A stretch of 64,000 nucleotides of DNA from Ignavibacteriales bacterium (GTDB taxonomy: Bacteria > Bacteroidota > Ignavibacteria > Ignavibacteriales > SURF-24): the NCBI GenBank assembly GCA_036261625.1, contig DATAKL010000019.1, positions 5,185 through 69,184 on the forward strand, read 5' to 3'. The translations under genes were made by a program, and so were the position numbers. The notes under the pieces are model-generated. The model made no database searches, had not been told where the DNA came from, and saw only the letters and a list, made by a program, of their open reading frames with translations. Shown one piece after another: positions 9,476 through 18,063 of the stretch; the first letter of the stretch is position 1, and each line of letters starts with the position of its first letter.

Positions 9476-9841
9476 TGCTTCTCCAGAGTAGTGGTTATAA
9501 TAAATAATACGGACCAAGTCACATTTAAATCAAGACAGAAGGGAAGCTAAGTCTTTAAGGGGAAAGAAAATAGGACAAATTATCAGATTATAGAATTTTT
9601 AAACAAACAGGAGGGGATAATTACTATTTTTAAGATTTTTTTAGTATGTTTTGCCACATAAAAGACATGATTTTGAAAAGCATGAAGTTAAAAGCCCCAA
9701 ACGAGCCCGTTTTCCGGTATTTAGGGGTGCGGGGGAGGAATGGCTTAATTTTTGCTGTACGAAGAGCAAAAGGGAATCTTCCAGGCTTTCCTAATTAGGA
9801 TTTTATGTATTATTTTAATAAAATATTTTGGAGTTAAATAA

Positions 9842-12800
9842 ATGGAAAGAAAAAAGGTAACCATTGACGGTAATGAAGCCGCAGCTTATGTAGCTCACCA
9901 GGTCAATGAAGTTATTGCGATCTATCCGATTACTCCCTCATCACCGATGGGAGAATTTTCAGATGAATGGTCGGCAAAGGGAAAGAAAAACATATGGGGC
10001 ACAGTTCCTTCAGTTACTGAAATGCAGAGCGAAGGCGGAGCTTCAGGCGCAGTTCACGGTGCACTGCAGAACGGCGCTCTGACAACTACTTTTACAGCCT
10101 CACAGGGATTGCTTTTAATGATCCCCAATATGTACAAAATTGCAGGGGAATTAACTCCTACCGTATTCCACGTTACAGCACGTTCGCTCGCAGCCGCCGC
10201 TCTTTCCATCTTCGGCGACCACAGCGACGTTATGGCTACACGCCAGACAGGCTTTGCAATGCTGGCTTCAAACTCCGTTCAGGAAGTAATGGACTTTGCT
10301 CTTATTTCACAGAAAGCTTCTCTTGAATCAAGAATTCCTTTTGTCCACTTCTTCGACGGCTTCAGAACTTCACACGAAGTCATGAAAATTGAACAGCTCG
10401 CCTTTGAAGATCTCAGGGCTATGATTGACGATAATGCCGTAAAGGCACACAGATTAAGAGGCCTCTCGCCTGAGCGCCCTGTAATCAGGGGTACAGCCCA
10501 GAATCCTGACGTTTACTTCCAGGGCAGGGAAACAGTAAATAAGTTTTATGATGAATGCCCTGAATTCGTTCAGAAGTCAATGGATAAATTTGCTTCCCTG
10601 ACAGGCAGACAGTATAACCTTTTTGATTATTACGGCGCTCCTGATGCAACAAGAGTAATTATTCTTATGGGCTCAGGCGCTGAAGCTGCTGAGGAAACGG
10701 TTGAATATCTTTTGTCAAAAAGTGAAGAGAAAATCGGTATTCTGAAAGTCAGACTTTTCAGGCCATTCTCAGTAAAGCACTTCCTGGCAGCCTTACCGAA
10801 AACTGTTGAAAAAATTGCTGTCTTAGACAGAACCAAAGAGCCGGGCGGACTTGGCGAACCGTTATACCTTGATGTGGTAACTGCTATTTCTGAGGCTATG
10901 GCTTCAGAGAAGGCTCCTTTTGCAAAGAACCCGAAAATCGTCGGCGGAAGATATGGACTTTCCTCTAAGGAATTTACCCCTGCCATGGTTAAGGCAGTTT
11001 TTGATGAACTTAAGAAAGACAATCCGAAGAACCACTTTACCGTCGGTATCAACGACGATGTTACATTCACAAGCCTTGAATTCGATCAGAACTTTACAAC
11101 TGAAGGCTCAGGCGTTCACCGCGCACTCTTCTATGGCCTTGGTGCTGACGGCACAGTTGGCGCAAACAAGAACACCATTAAGATCATCGGTGAAGAAACA
11201 GACAACTACGCACAGGGCTACTTCGTATACGATTCAAAGAAATCAGGTTCAACAACAGTTTCTCACCTGAGATTCGGCAAAAAACCGATTAAGTCGAGCT
11301 ATCTCGTTCAGAAAGCTACTTTTATCGGCGTTCATCAGTTCAATTTCCTAGAGAAATTCGACATACTGAAGAACATTGAAGAAAACGGCACACTTCTCTT
11401 AAACAGCCCTTATTCAAAGGAAACCGTCTGGGCAAAGCTGCCTAAGACAGTTCAGCAGCAGATAATCGACAAGAAGCTGAACTTCTACGTAATTGACGGT
11501 TACGACGTTGCAAAGAAAACCGGCATGGGCACAAGAATAAACACCATCATGCAGACCTGCTTCTTCGCCATTTCAGGTGTTCTTCCCAAAGACGAGGCTA
11601 TCGAGCAGATCAAAAAGTCTATCAAGAAGACTTACGGCAAGAAGGGTGATGAAATTGTAAAGAAGAACTTTGAAGCTGTTGATCAGACACTGGCCAACCT
11701 TTACAAGATCGATGTTCCTGAAAAGGCCGACAGCCAGATTGCACTTCCGCCAACAGTTTCAGATAAGGCTCCTGATTATGTCAAGAGTGTTCTTGCAAAA
11801 ATCATGGAAGGAAACGGCGACGATGTTAAGGTCAGCGAAATGCCTGTTGACGGTACTTTCCCTGTAGCCACAACAAAGTGGGAAAAGAGAAATATCGCTC
11901 TTGAAGTTCCTGTTTGGGACGAATCAATCTGTATTCAGTGCGGCAAGTGCGCTTTGGTATGCCCGCACGCTGCAATCAGAACCAAGGTTTATGACGCAGA
12001 ACTCCTTAAGGATGCTCCTCAGACATTCAAGCACATGGAAGCCAAGGGAAAAGAATATCCTGCAAACTCAGCCTACACGATCCAGGTTTCAGTTGAAGAC
12101 TGTACAGGATGCCAGCTCTGCTATGAAGTATGCCCGGTTAAGAACAAGACAGAAGTTAAGCTCAAAGCCCTCAACATGGCCGACCAGCTTCCTTTAAGAG
12201 AGCCGGAAAGCAAGAACTGGGATTTCTTTGTCAACCTTCCTGAATTTGACAGAAGAAAAGCTGCCTTAAATACAGTTAAGGGATGCCAGCTCTTAGAGCC
12301 TCTCTTCGAGTTTTCAGGCGCCTGCACAGGCTGCGGCGAAACCCCGTACGTAAAGCTGACCTCACAGCTCTTCGGCGACAGAATGGTTGTTGCAAATGCT
12401 ACAGGCTGCTCTTCAATCTACGGCGGTAACCTTCCTACAACTCCATGGGCTAAGAACAAAGACGGACGCGGTCCTGCATGGGCTAACTCACTCTTTGAAG
12501 ACAACGCTGAATTCGGCCTCGGTATGAAACTGGCTGTCGACAAGCACACGCAGTATGCTACGGAGCTTGTTGTTAGACTGAAAGACCAGATAGGAAGTGA
12601 CTTTGCCGATGCGCTCTTAAATGCCGACCAGAAAGATGAAACAGGCATCTACGATCAGAGAGAAAGGGTTGCAAAACTGAAGGAAGTATTAAAGACAATC
12701 AATACTCCTGAGGCTGAAGACCTTCTTTCACTGGCCGACTACCTGGTTAAGAAATCCGTTTGGATCATGGGCGGTGACGGATGGGCTTATGACATCGGTT

Positions 12801-13441
12801 ACGGCGGTCTTGATCACGTCCTTGCAAGCGGCAAGAACGTAAACGTACTCGTTCTTGATACCGAAGTTTATTCAAATACAGGCGGACAGATGTCCAAATC
12901 AACCTCTCTTGGTGCAGTTGCCAAGTTTGCCGCCGGCGGAAAGCCGACAGCAAAGAAAGACCTGGCGCTGATGGCTATGAGCTATGGTAACGTTTATGTT
13001 GCCAAGGTTGCAATGGGCGCAAACGATCTGCAGACAATAAGAGCCTTCCAGGAAGCTGAAGCCTACGACGGTCCTTCACTGATCATCGCATACAGCCACT
13101 GTATCGCTCACGGTATCGATATGGCAAAAGGCCTCGACAGCCAGAAAGCTGCTGTTGAATCAGGACACTGGCCGCTCTTCAGATACAACCCTGACCTGGC
13201 AGCCGAGGGTAAGAATCCTCTTAAACTCGATTCCAAGGCTCCGAAGATCAAGGTTGAAGAGTATGCCTATATGGAGACCCGTTACACAATGCTCAAGAAA
13301 TCCAATCCGGAAGAGTCTAAGAGACTTCTCGACATGGCTCAGGCCGAGGTTGAAAAGAAATGGAAGTTCTACGAGCAGATGGCATCTTCAACAGGCAACG
13401 GCGAAACGAAAACTGCCGTGAAACCTGAAGCTAAAGCTTAA
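9842..13441 (+). CDS. nifJ: pyruvate:ferredoxin (flavodoxin) oxidoreductase, single-chain
   Basis: A 1199-aa protein with the N-terminus MERKKVTIDGNEAAAYVAH...IYPITPSS. It has two 4Fe-4S ferredoxin motifs (CIQCGKCALVCP, CTGCQLCYEVCP), a GACTGCGETPY cluster and the TPP block GGDGWAYDIGYGGLDH. Confidence 0.97.
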   Translation: MERKKVTIDGNEAAAYVAHQVNEVIAIYPITPSSPMGEFSDEWSAKGKKNIWGTVPSVTEMQSEGGASGAVHGALQNGALTTTFTASQGLLLMIPNMYKIAGELTPTVFHVTARSLAAAALSIFGDHSDVMATRQTGFAMLASNSVQEVMDFALISQKASLESRIPFVHFFDGFRTSHEVMKIEQLAFEDLRAMIDDNAVKAHRLRGLSPERPVIRGTAQNPDVYFQGRETVNKFYDECPEFVQKSMDKFASLTGRQYNLFDYYGAPDATRVIILMGSGAEAAEETVEYLLSKSEEKIGILKVRLFRPFSVKHFLAALPKTVEKIAVLDRTKEPGGLGEPLYLDVVTAISEAMASEKAPFAKNPKIVGGRYGLSSKEFTPAMVKAVFDELKKDNPKNHFTVGINDDVTFTSLEFDQNFTTEGSGVHRALFYGLGADGTVGANKNTIKIIGEETDNYAQGYFVYDSKKSGSTTVSHLRFGKKPIKSSYLVQKATFIGVHQFNFLEKFDILKNIEENGTLLLNSPYSKETVWAKLPKTVQQQIIDKKLNFYVIDGYDVAKKTGMGTRINTIMQTCFFAISGVLPKDEAIEQIKKSIKKTYGKKGDEIVKKNFEAVDQTLANLYKIDVPEKADSQIALPPTVSDKAPDYVKSVLAKIMEGNGDDVKVSEMPVDGTFPVATTKWEKRNIALEVPVWDESICIQCGKCALVCPHAAIRTKVYDAELLKDAPQTFKHMEAKGKEYPANSAYTIQVSVEDCTGCQLCYEVCPVKNKTEVKLKALNMADQLPLREPESKNWDFFVNLPEFDRRKAALNTVKGCQLLEPLFEFSGACTGCGETPYVKLTSQLFGDRMVVANATGCSSIYGGNLPTTPWAKNKDGRGPAWANSLFEDNAEFGLGMKLAVDKHTQYATELVVRLKDQIGSDFADALLNADQKDETGIYDQRERVAKLKEVLKTINTPEAEDLLSLADYLVKKSVWIMGGDGWAYDIGYGGLDHVLASGKNVNVLVLDTEVYSNTGGQMSKSTSLGAVAKFAAGGKPTAKKDLALMAMSYGNVYVAKVAMGANDLQTIRAFQEAEAYDGPSLIIAYSHCIAHGIDMAKGLDSQKAAVESGHWPLFRYNPDLAAEGKNPLKLDSKAPKIKVEEYAYMETRYTMLKKSNPEESKRLLDMAQAEVEKKWKFYEQMASSTGNGETKTAVKPEAKA

Positions 13442-13582
13442 GTTAAAAAGCTTTGGTAAGACTAAGTGAATTAAGGTAATAGTTTTTTGGGAAATGCAGG
13501 CGAAAATGCTTGCATTTCCCGAAGCTATGATGTAAAATATAGACATAATAACGATATTGTTAAATTAAAACGTGAGATTTAG

Positions 13583-14581
13583 ATGGACTTATCAACTACT
13601 TACATGGGGTTAAAATTAAAAAACCCGATCGTCCCTTCAGCTTCACCTCTTTCGGAAACAGTAAACAGTGTCAGAGCTCTCGAGGATGCAGGCGCAAGCG
13701 CAGTTGTCGTTTATTCCTTATTCGAAGAACAGATCTCATATGAAGAAAAAGCCCTGGATTTTTTCCTTACCCAGGCAAGTGATACACATGCCGAAGCCTT
13801 AAGTTATTTTCCGGCCCAGTCCTCCTTTAAGCTCGGGCCCGAGGAGTACTGCAATCACATTCAGAAGCTCAAAAGCGCCGTTGACATCCCAATTATCGGA
13901 AGCCTTAACGGTGTAAGCGTGGGCGGATGGATGAAATATGCGAAGAATATTGAAGAGGCAGGCGCAGACGCCCTTGAACTGAATGTGTATTACATCCCGA
14001 CAGATCCCATTCTGCCCGGCTCGCAGATTGAACAGATGTATGTAAACAATCTTCAGGCAGTAAAAGAAAACGTTAAAATTCCGGTGGCAGTAAAATTAAG
14101 TCCTTATTTTTCCTCCTTGGCCAATGTAGCCCAGAAGTTAGACAATGCAGGTGCAGACGCGCTTGTAATGTTTAACCGTTTCTATCAGCCTGATTTCGAT
14201 CTGGATAACCTCGATGTGGTGCCGAACCTTTCGCTCAGCTCTCCCTGGGAACTGAGGCTCCCGTTAAGGTGGATATCCATCCTTTACGGAAAGGTAAAGG
14301 CCTCCATGGCTGCAACGAGCGGCGTTCACGATTATGAAGACGTTATTAAGGTTTTGATGGCAGGCGGTGATGTTGCCATGGTGTGCAGTGAACTCTTAAG
14401 GCACGGACCTTCACGTATAACGCAGATGCTCGATGGCATGAAGCGCTGGATGGAAGAAAAGGAGTACACCTCGGTTCAACAGATGAAGGGAAGCATGAGC
14501 CAGAAGTCTGTCAAAGAACCCGCAGCTTTTGAGCGTGCCAACTACATGAAGACGCTTCAGAGCTACAGACCCCTGCTCTAA
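13583..14581 (+). CDS. dihydroorotate dehydrogenase-like TIM-barrel flavoprotein (non-canonical PyrD family)
   Basis: PyrD-family blocks are present: [48 protein letters not shown] and [24 protein letters not shown]. The position expected for the catalytic Cys/Ser reads ELNVYYIP. Confidence 0.85.
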   Translation: MDLSTTYMGLKLKNPIVPSASPLSETVNSVRALEDAGASAVVVYSLFEEQISYEEKALDFFLTQASDTHAEALSYFPAQSSFKLGPEEYCNHIQKLKSAVDIPIIGSLNGVSVGGWMKYAKNIEEAGADALELNVYYIPTDPILPGSQIEQMYVNNLQAVKENVKIPVAVKLSPYFSSLANVAQKLDNAGADALVMFNRFYQPDFDLDNLDVVPNLSLSSPWELRLPLRWISILYGKVKASMAATSGVHDYEDVIKVLMAGGDVAMVCSELLRHGPSRITQMLDGMKRWMEEKEYTSVQQMKGSMSQKSVKEPAAFERANYMKTLQSYRPLL

Positions 14582-14628
14582 GAATTGCTCTAAGAATTGT
14601 TCTAAAAGAAAACACAAATGAAACATAG

Positions 14629-14660
14629 AAGGCTGCCCCCACGAAGGCAGCCTTTTTATT
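14629..14660 (+). terminator. rho-independent terminator after the DHOD-like gene
   Basis: The stem aaggctgcc / ggcagcctt (14629-14637 / 14646-14654) is followed by tttatt. Confidence 0.65.
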
Positions 14661-14672
14661 TGAGTGGAATTA

Positions 14673-14702
14673 TAAAAAAAGGGCTGTCTAAAAAGACAGC
14701 CC
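14673..14702 (-). terminator. rho-independent terminator after tRNA-Leu
   Basis: The stem gggctgtc / gacagccc (14681-14688 / 14695-14702) is followed on the minus strand by a 7-nt U-run (A-run 14674-14680 on plus). It lies 11 nt downstream of the tRNA 3' end. Confidence 0.55.
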
Positions 14703-14713
14703 TTACTTATAAG

Positions 14714-14799
14714 TACCGAAGGCCGGACTCGAACCGGCACCTGGGGTGAACCAGACTGGATTTTGAGTCCAGCGCGTCTACCAATTTCGCCACTTCGGC
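14714..14799 (-). tRNA. tRNA-Leu (anticodon CAA), class II with long variable arm, no encoded CCA
   Basis: The minus strand reads GCCGAAGTGGCGAAATTGGTAGACGCGCTGGACTCAAAATCCAGTCTGGTTCACCCCAGGTGCCGGTTCGAGTCCGGCCTTCGGTA. It folds with a 7-bp acceptor stem (G1-U72 wobble), anticodon stem CTGGA/TCCAG with loop CT-CAA-AA, and T-arm GCCGG-TTCGAGT-CCGGC. The 86-nt length fits Leu. Confidence 0.9.
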
Positions 14800-14811
14800 T
14801 TTGAGACTACA

Positions 14812-14840
14812 AATTTAACCCAAAATCCGCTTTTTTTCAA
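14812..14840 (-). promoter_or_regulatory. candidate sigma70-type promoter for tRNA-Leu
   Basis: The minus strand has TTGAAA (14840-14835), a 17-nt spacer and TAAATT (14817-14812), ending 12 nt before the mature tRNA 5' end. The promoter consensus for this lineage is unknown, so this is tentative. Confidence 0.3.
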
Positions 14841-14920
14841 GATAATATTTCATTTTGGGGCATAAATTTTGTTTTTTCGTAGTAGGGAAGGGCGAGCGCC
14901 GCTCGCCCTTACGGAAAATA

Positions 14921-17900
14921 TTATTTTGTACTCAGGTAGTTTAATACTCCTGCCATAATGCTGTTTCTTTCCTTTTCAGTCAGCACAGATTCAAAAGGAA
15001 ATCCGAAGAGCACTATACCGCAGGCTTTCTTATATGCCACGCCCGCAGGGAAACTGTTCTCGCCGTAGCGGAGAATTGTCTGTGAACCTCCAAGAGGATT
15101 TATTGCATCGGGAGCCTCAACGCCATACATGGAAGAGCTTAGTTCCGTATTGAAGCTGAACTTTTCCGGAAGCTGGAGTTTTGAAGACGCAGTCGTCTCA
15201 ACCTCTCCGTTTTTGGATGCATGATCGGCATCGAGAGTGAACTTTAAGACTTTGCTTGCAAACTGTACGTCGGGGTCTTCCTTGCCCTTGTTTTTGCAGA
15301 GGTCTGTCCCGATGTATGAGCCGGAAATAAAGATATTGCCTCCCGACTGCAGGTAATCTGTTACTGCTTTCTGAAGTTTGGCAGGGAAGGTCTTAAACTG
15401 ACGTCCTCTTAAGGAATCTTCAATTGCCTTCTGCCACGGAGTTTCCTTCTGCTTGCCCAGTATCAGGTCTGTAATGCTGAAGTTTTTTAAGTTTACCTCC
15501 TCGTCCCAAACGGCTTCGTTGCTTGAAGAAGAGAATGAGTATCCGGCCTCGCGCATAGCCTTTCCGTGCACGTAGGGGTAATCGAATGAGTTTCCGGCAA
15601 TAACCTTTGTCTCAAAGTCGGCATGACTGGCCCCGTGACCAGGATTGTCATTTGTTACGAACTCTGAATTGGGGTTAAAGTCGTACTGCGGACCGCTGTA
15701 GCTTATGTCGTACTTGTCCGGCACGCCGGCATCCAGAGAATTTAAGAATCCTGTAAACCCCGGGGTTTCAATTGATGCAGGGCCGCAAATCCTGTCGAAG
15801 CCGTTGACAACCAAAACCGCAGGTTTTGTGTTATTCATGCGGCAGACAGAAAGGATTTCAGAAGGGAAACTTTCGCCGCCCTGGTTAACGGCAGCAATCT
15901 TAAAGCTGTAAATTACCCCGGGCTTGAGATTACTATAGACAAACTGTGTGTTTGCCGTAATCTGGCCGTTGTCAAAGTCTCCGCCTTCCAGTCTCGTATA
16001 GACGATATAGTGGTCAGGTTTAGCTGTTGGCTCTAAAGGATCTTCAATTGCATGCCACTTCAGGATTGCGCCTCCCTGGTTATCCAGGAGTGCCTGGAAG
16101 TGATCTACAGGCAGCGGCTGAACGGTGTATGGCCTGTTATACTGAGTAGCCAGGAATTTCAGCATCCCTTTGTACATGGCTCTTGCCACGTCAAAGCGGA
16201 AGCGGGGATCGAGCACATACTTCATATCCAGGAAGTTCTGATGCGACAAGAGTTCCACGAGCACAGAAGGCATATTAGGCCTGTAGGCTTCGCTGTACTG
16301 CGCATCCTTAAGCTGTCTGCGGTTCCATGCCGGGTCATCTTTGGCCCTCAGGTCCTGAACTATCTGTGTCTGTATGATGTCTGCCAGGTCCCTGTTTGTC
16401 ATGCGTGAAACTCCGTCGGCAAACACCTTGCTGTCGTCAGAGGCATCGGTGCTGTAAATGGAAAGTGTTCCGACTGTGGTATCGTTATGTGTAATGCCGG
16501 CATCTGTATGGAATGCCATCGAGAGGTCGATAGGAATACCCAGGCCTTTAATGTTCCTGTCTCTATTAGGGCCGAAGGGAGCTCCTTTGAGGTAATTTGC
16601 ATACTCGGCGCGGCTCTGGTAGTCGTCGTTATAATCGTTTTTATTTTTGTTCAGGCTGTAGACCAGTGTGTCCGGCATGCCTGCATACTGAAGCCAGTAG
16701 CGGCTGCCTTCGAGGTATTTGGGCCTTCCGCTAGTTTTTCCGTTGCGGCTTATTATACCCATGCCCCCGCCGAAACGGACTGCATCGGCAGAGACAAACT
16801 TTGCAGTTTTGTCCAAAGTCTGGTTTACAAGCGTTACCTTGTTTGTCTTGGGGTTAAAGCCCTTTTCAAATTTGAAATTGCCCAGGTAGATCCATGTGCC
16901 TCCGCCTATCTTCTGGTTTACAGTGAAATCTGTTCTAATTCCGGAGTGATAGACCGAGTAAAGGGCGTCCTGTGCGTTGTCTTTAGAGCCTTCATAGGAA
17001 ACGTAGACTGCATAGTTTCCTTCTTCCGGAACGTCAGGTATCCAGCTTGCCTCGGCTGAGGCCACGGAGTCGGCAGCTACAAAACGTGAAGTGCCATGAA
17101 GAAAAGGGTTAAAATTTTCGGGGTAGGGGGGATTGCCGTACGCAAAACCGGGCTTTTCAGAAGCAGCCCACTTCAGTTTTTTTTCTTTAACTGTTTCGGT
17201 GTAGTACTTTTTATTTTCCTTACCCTTTGTGTCGTTATCCACAACAACTTCATTTGTCTGAATGTCCCTTTCCCTCGGAACAAAAACATTTGCTCCGGCC
17301 TTTTCCAGCATAGGGATGAGGTAGGGTATAGTAAAAGAAAGGGGAACCTTGTCCTCGACGCTTTCAAAAAGCCGCGGGCGCTGCCATTCCCATCTGTCCA
17401 ATGTGTTGTTGTAGTACCAGCCGTGGCTATGCCAGAGAACAATATTCCTGTCGTTAAGTCCCGTCTCTATGGTGTAGGGTCTGCTGGTATTCCCGACTAC
17501 AGGCATCGGGCGCAAAGTATTCTTTGCGAGCCTTGCGGGGTCGTACTGGGATTTATCCCTGTAGAAGTTAGGTATCAGCTCTTCAAGAGTGTATCTACCG
17601 GTTTTGAATGTGAATGAATAATCCTTATAGTCCGCTCCTGCTGAGGCCTTAACGGCATCTTCAAAAGTCTTCAGACTGCCTGAGCGGAAGGGGATCTCCT
17701 GCATGGCACGGTTAAAGACCACAGTGATCCTTTTTCCCGGTGAATAATCCATAACGGTATCTATTCTTACTCCTGAGGGGAGTTGAAGAGGCGTGCTGGT
17801 TTTACGGACTTCAGAGAGGAAATCCTTTATATTCTCAGTAATTGTTTTTGTTACGGGAGCAGGTTTTACTTCCTTTTTGGTTTCCTTTCCTTCTTCTTTT

Positions 17901-17974
17901 TCAATTCTGGAGGAACAGGCTGTAAACATAAAGCTTAGCAATAAAAATAAACTAAGCAGGTATCTCTTTTTCAT
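14921..17974 (-). CDS. large lipoprotein with split MurNAc-LAA (amidase_3)-like core, golvesin-C-like insert and FN3 module
   Basis: It has a lipobox (LSFMFTA-C). The amidase-like blocks are NIVLWHSHGWYYNN...PYLIPMLEKAGANVFVPRERD ... LSMAFHTDAG ... VLVELLSHQNFLDMKY. The insert is GNYAVYVSYEGSKDNAQDALYSVYHSG...VNQKIGGGTWIYLGNFKFEKG, and an FN3 module follows (ILKWHAIEDP...IYSFKIAAVNQGGES). As I recall, relatives in Bacteroidota are often labelled xanthan lyase without experimental support. Confidence 0.72.
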   Translation of the reverse strand: MKKRYLLSLFLLLSFMFTACSSRIEKEEGKETKKEVKPAPVTKTITENIKDFLSEVRKTSTPLQLPSGVRIDTVMDYSPGKRITVVFNRAMQEIPFRSGSLKTFEDAVKASAGADYKDYSFTFKTGRYTLEELIPNFYRDKSQYDPARLAKNTLRPMPVVGNTSRPYTIETGLNDRNIVLWHSHGWYYNNTLDRWEWQRPRLFESVEDKVPLSFTIPYLIPMLEKAGANVFVPRERDIQTNEVVVDNDTKGKENKKYYTETVKEKKLKWAASEKPGFAYGNPPYPENFNPFLHGTSRFVAADSVASAEASWIPDVPEEGNYAVYVSYEGSKDNAQDALYSVYHSGIRTDFTVNQKIGGGTWIYLGNFKFEKGFNPKTNKVTLVNQTLDKTAKFVSADAVRFGGGMGIISRNGKTSGRPKYLEGSRYWLQYAGMPDTLVYSLNKNKNDYNDDYQSRAEYANYLKGAPFGPNRDRNIKGLGIPIDLSMAFHTDAGITHNDTTVGTLSIYSTDASDDSKVFADGVSRMTNRDLADIIQTQIVQDLRAKDDPAWNRRQLKDAQYSEAYRPNMPSVLVELLSHQNFLDMKYVLDPRFRFDVARAMYKGMLKFLATQYNRPYTVQPLPVDHFQALLDNQGGAILKWHAIEDPLEPTAKPDHYIVYTRLEGGDFDNGQITANTQFVYSNLKPGVIYSFKIAAVNQGGESFPSEILSVCRMNNTKPAVLVVNGFDRICGPASIETPGFTGFLNSLDAGVPDKYDISYSGPQYDFNPNSEFVTNDNPGHGASHADFETKVIAGNSFDYPYVHGKAMREAGYSFSSSSNEAVWDEEVNLKNFSITDLILGKQKETPWQKAIEDSLRGRQFKTFPAKLQKAVTDYLQSGGNIFISGSYIGTDLCKNKGKEDPDVQFASKVLKFTLDADHASKNGEVETTASSKLQLPEKFSFNTELSSSMYGVEAPDAINPLGGSQTILRYGENSFPAGVAYKKACGIVLFGFPFESVLTEKERNSIMAGVLNYLSTK

Positions 17975-18063
17975 GGCTTTCCGTTATTATTCCGATATAA
18001 GTAAATTAAAATCAGGCACACCGGATTTTTAGTTTAATGTGTGCCTGAAGGCAATAATAAAAT

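Noticed and set aside
9002-9550. A 182-aa plus-strand ORF spanning the Nramp start and the small upstream gene.
   Set aside because: It is antisense to two coupled, better-supported minus-strand genes.
9518-9841. Possible Mn2+ (yybP-ykoY) riboswitch upstream of the Nramp operon, or other leader RNA upstream of nifJ.
   Set aside because: I could not find the conserved riboswitch core by eye on either strand. This needs an Rfam scan before any claim.
14576-14599. A 12-bp tandem duplication (ctctaagaattg x2) that includes the stop codon of the DHOD-like gene.
   Set aside because: It is a tiny duplication with no obvious consequence, since the first stop is used either way.
14888-14910. A perfect GC-rich palindrome aagggcgagcg-c-cgctcgccctt after the 1017-aa gene.
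   Set aside because: It forms a hairpin but has essentially no loop (1 nt) and no downstream U-run on the minus strand. Its function as a terminator is doubtful.
16487-17617. Two plus-strand ORFs (190 aa and 173 aa), plus smaller ones.
   Set aside because: They are antisense to the 1017-aa lipoprotein gene. Their composition is Cys/Val/Phe-rich and low-complexity with no recognisable domain.
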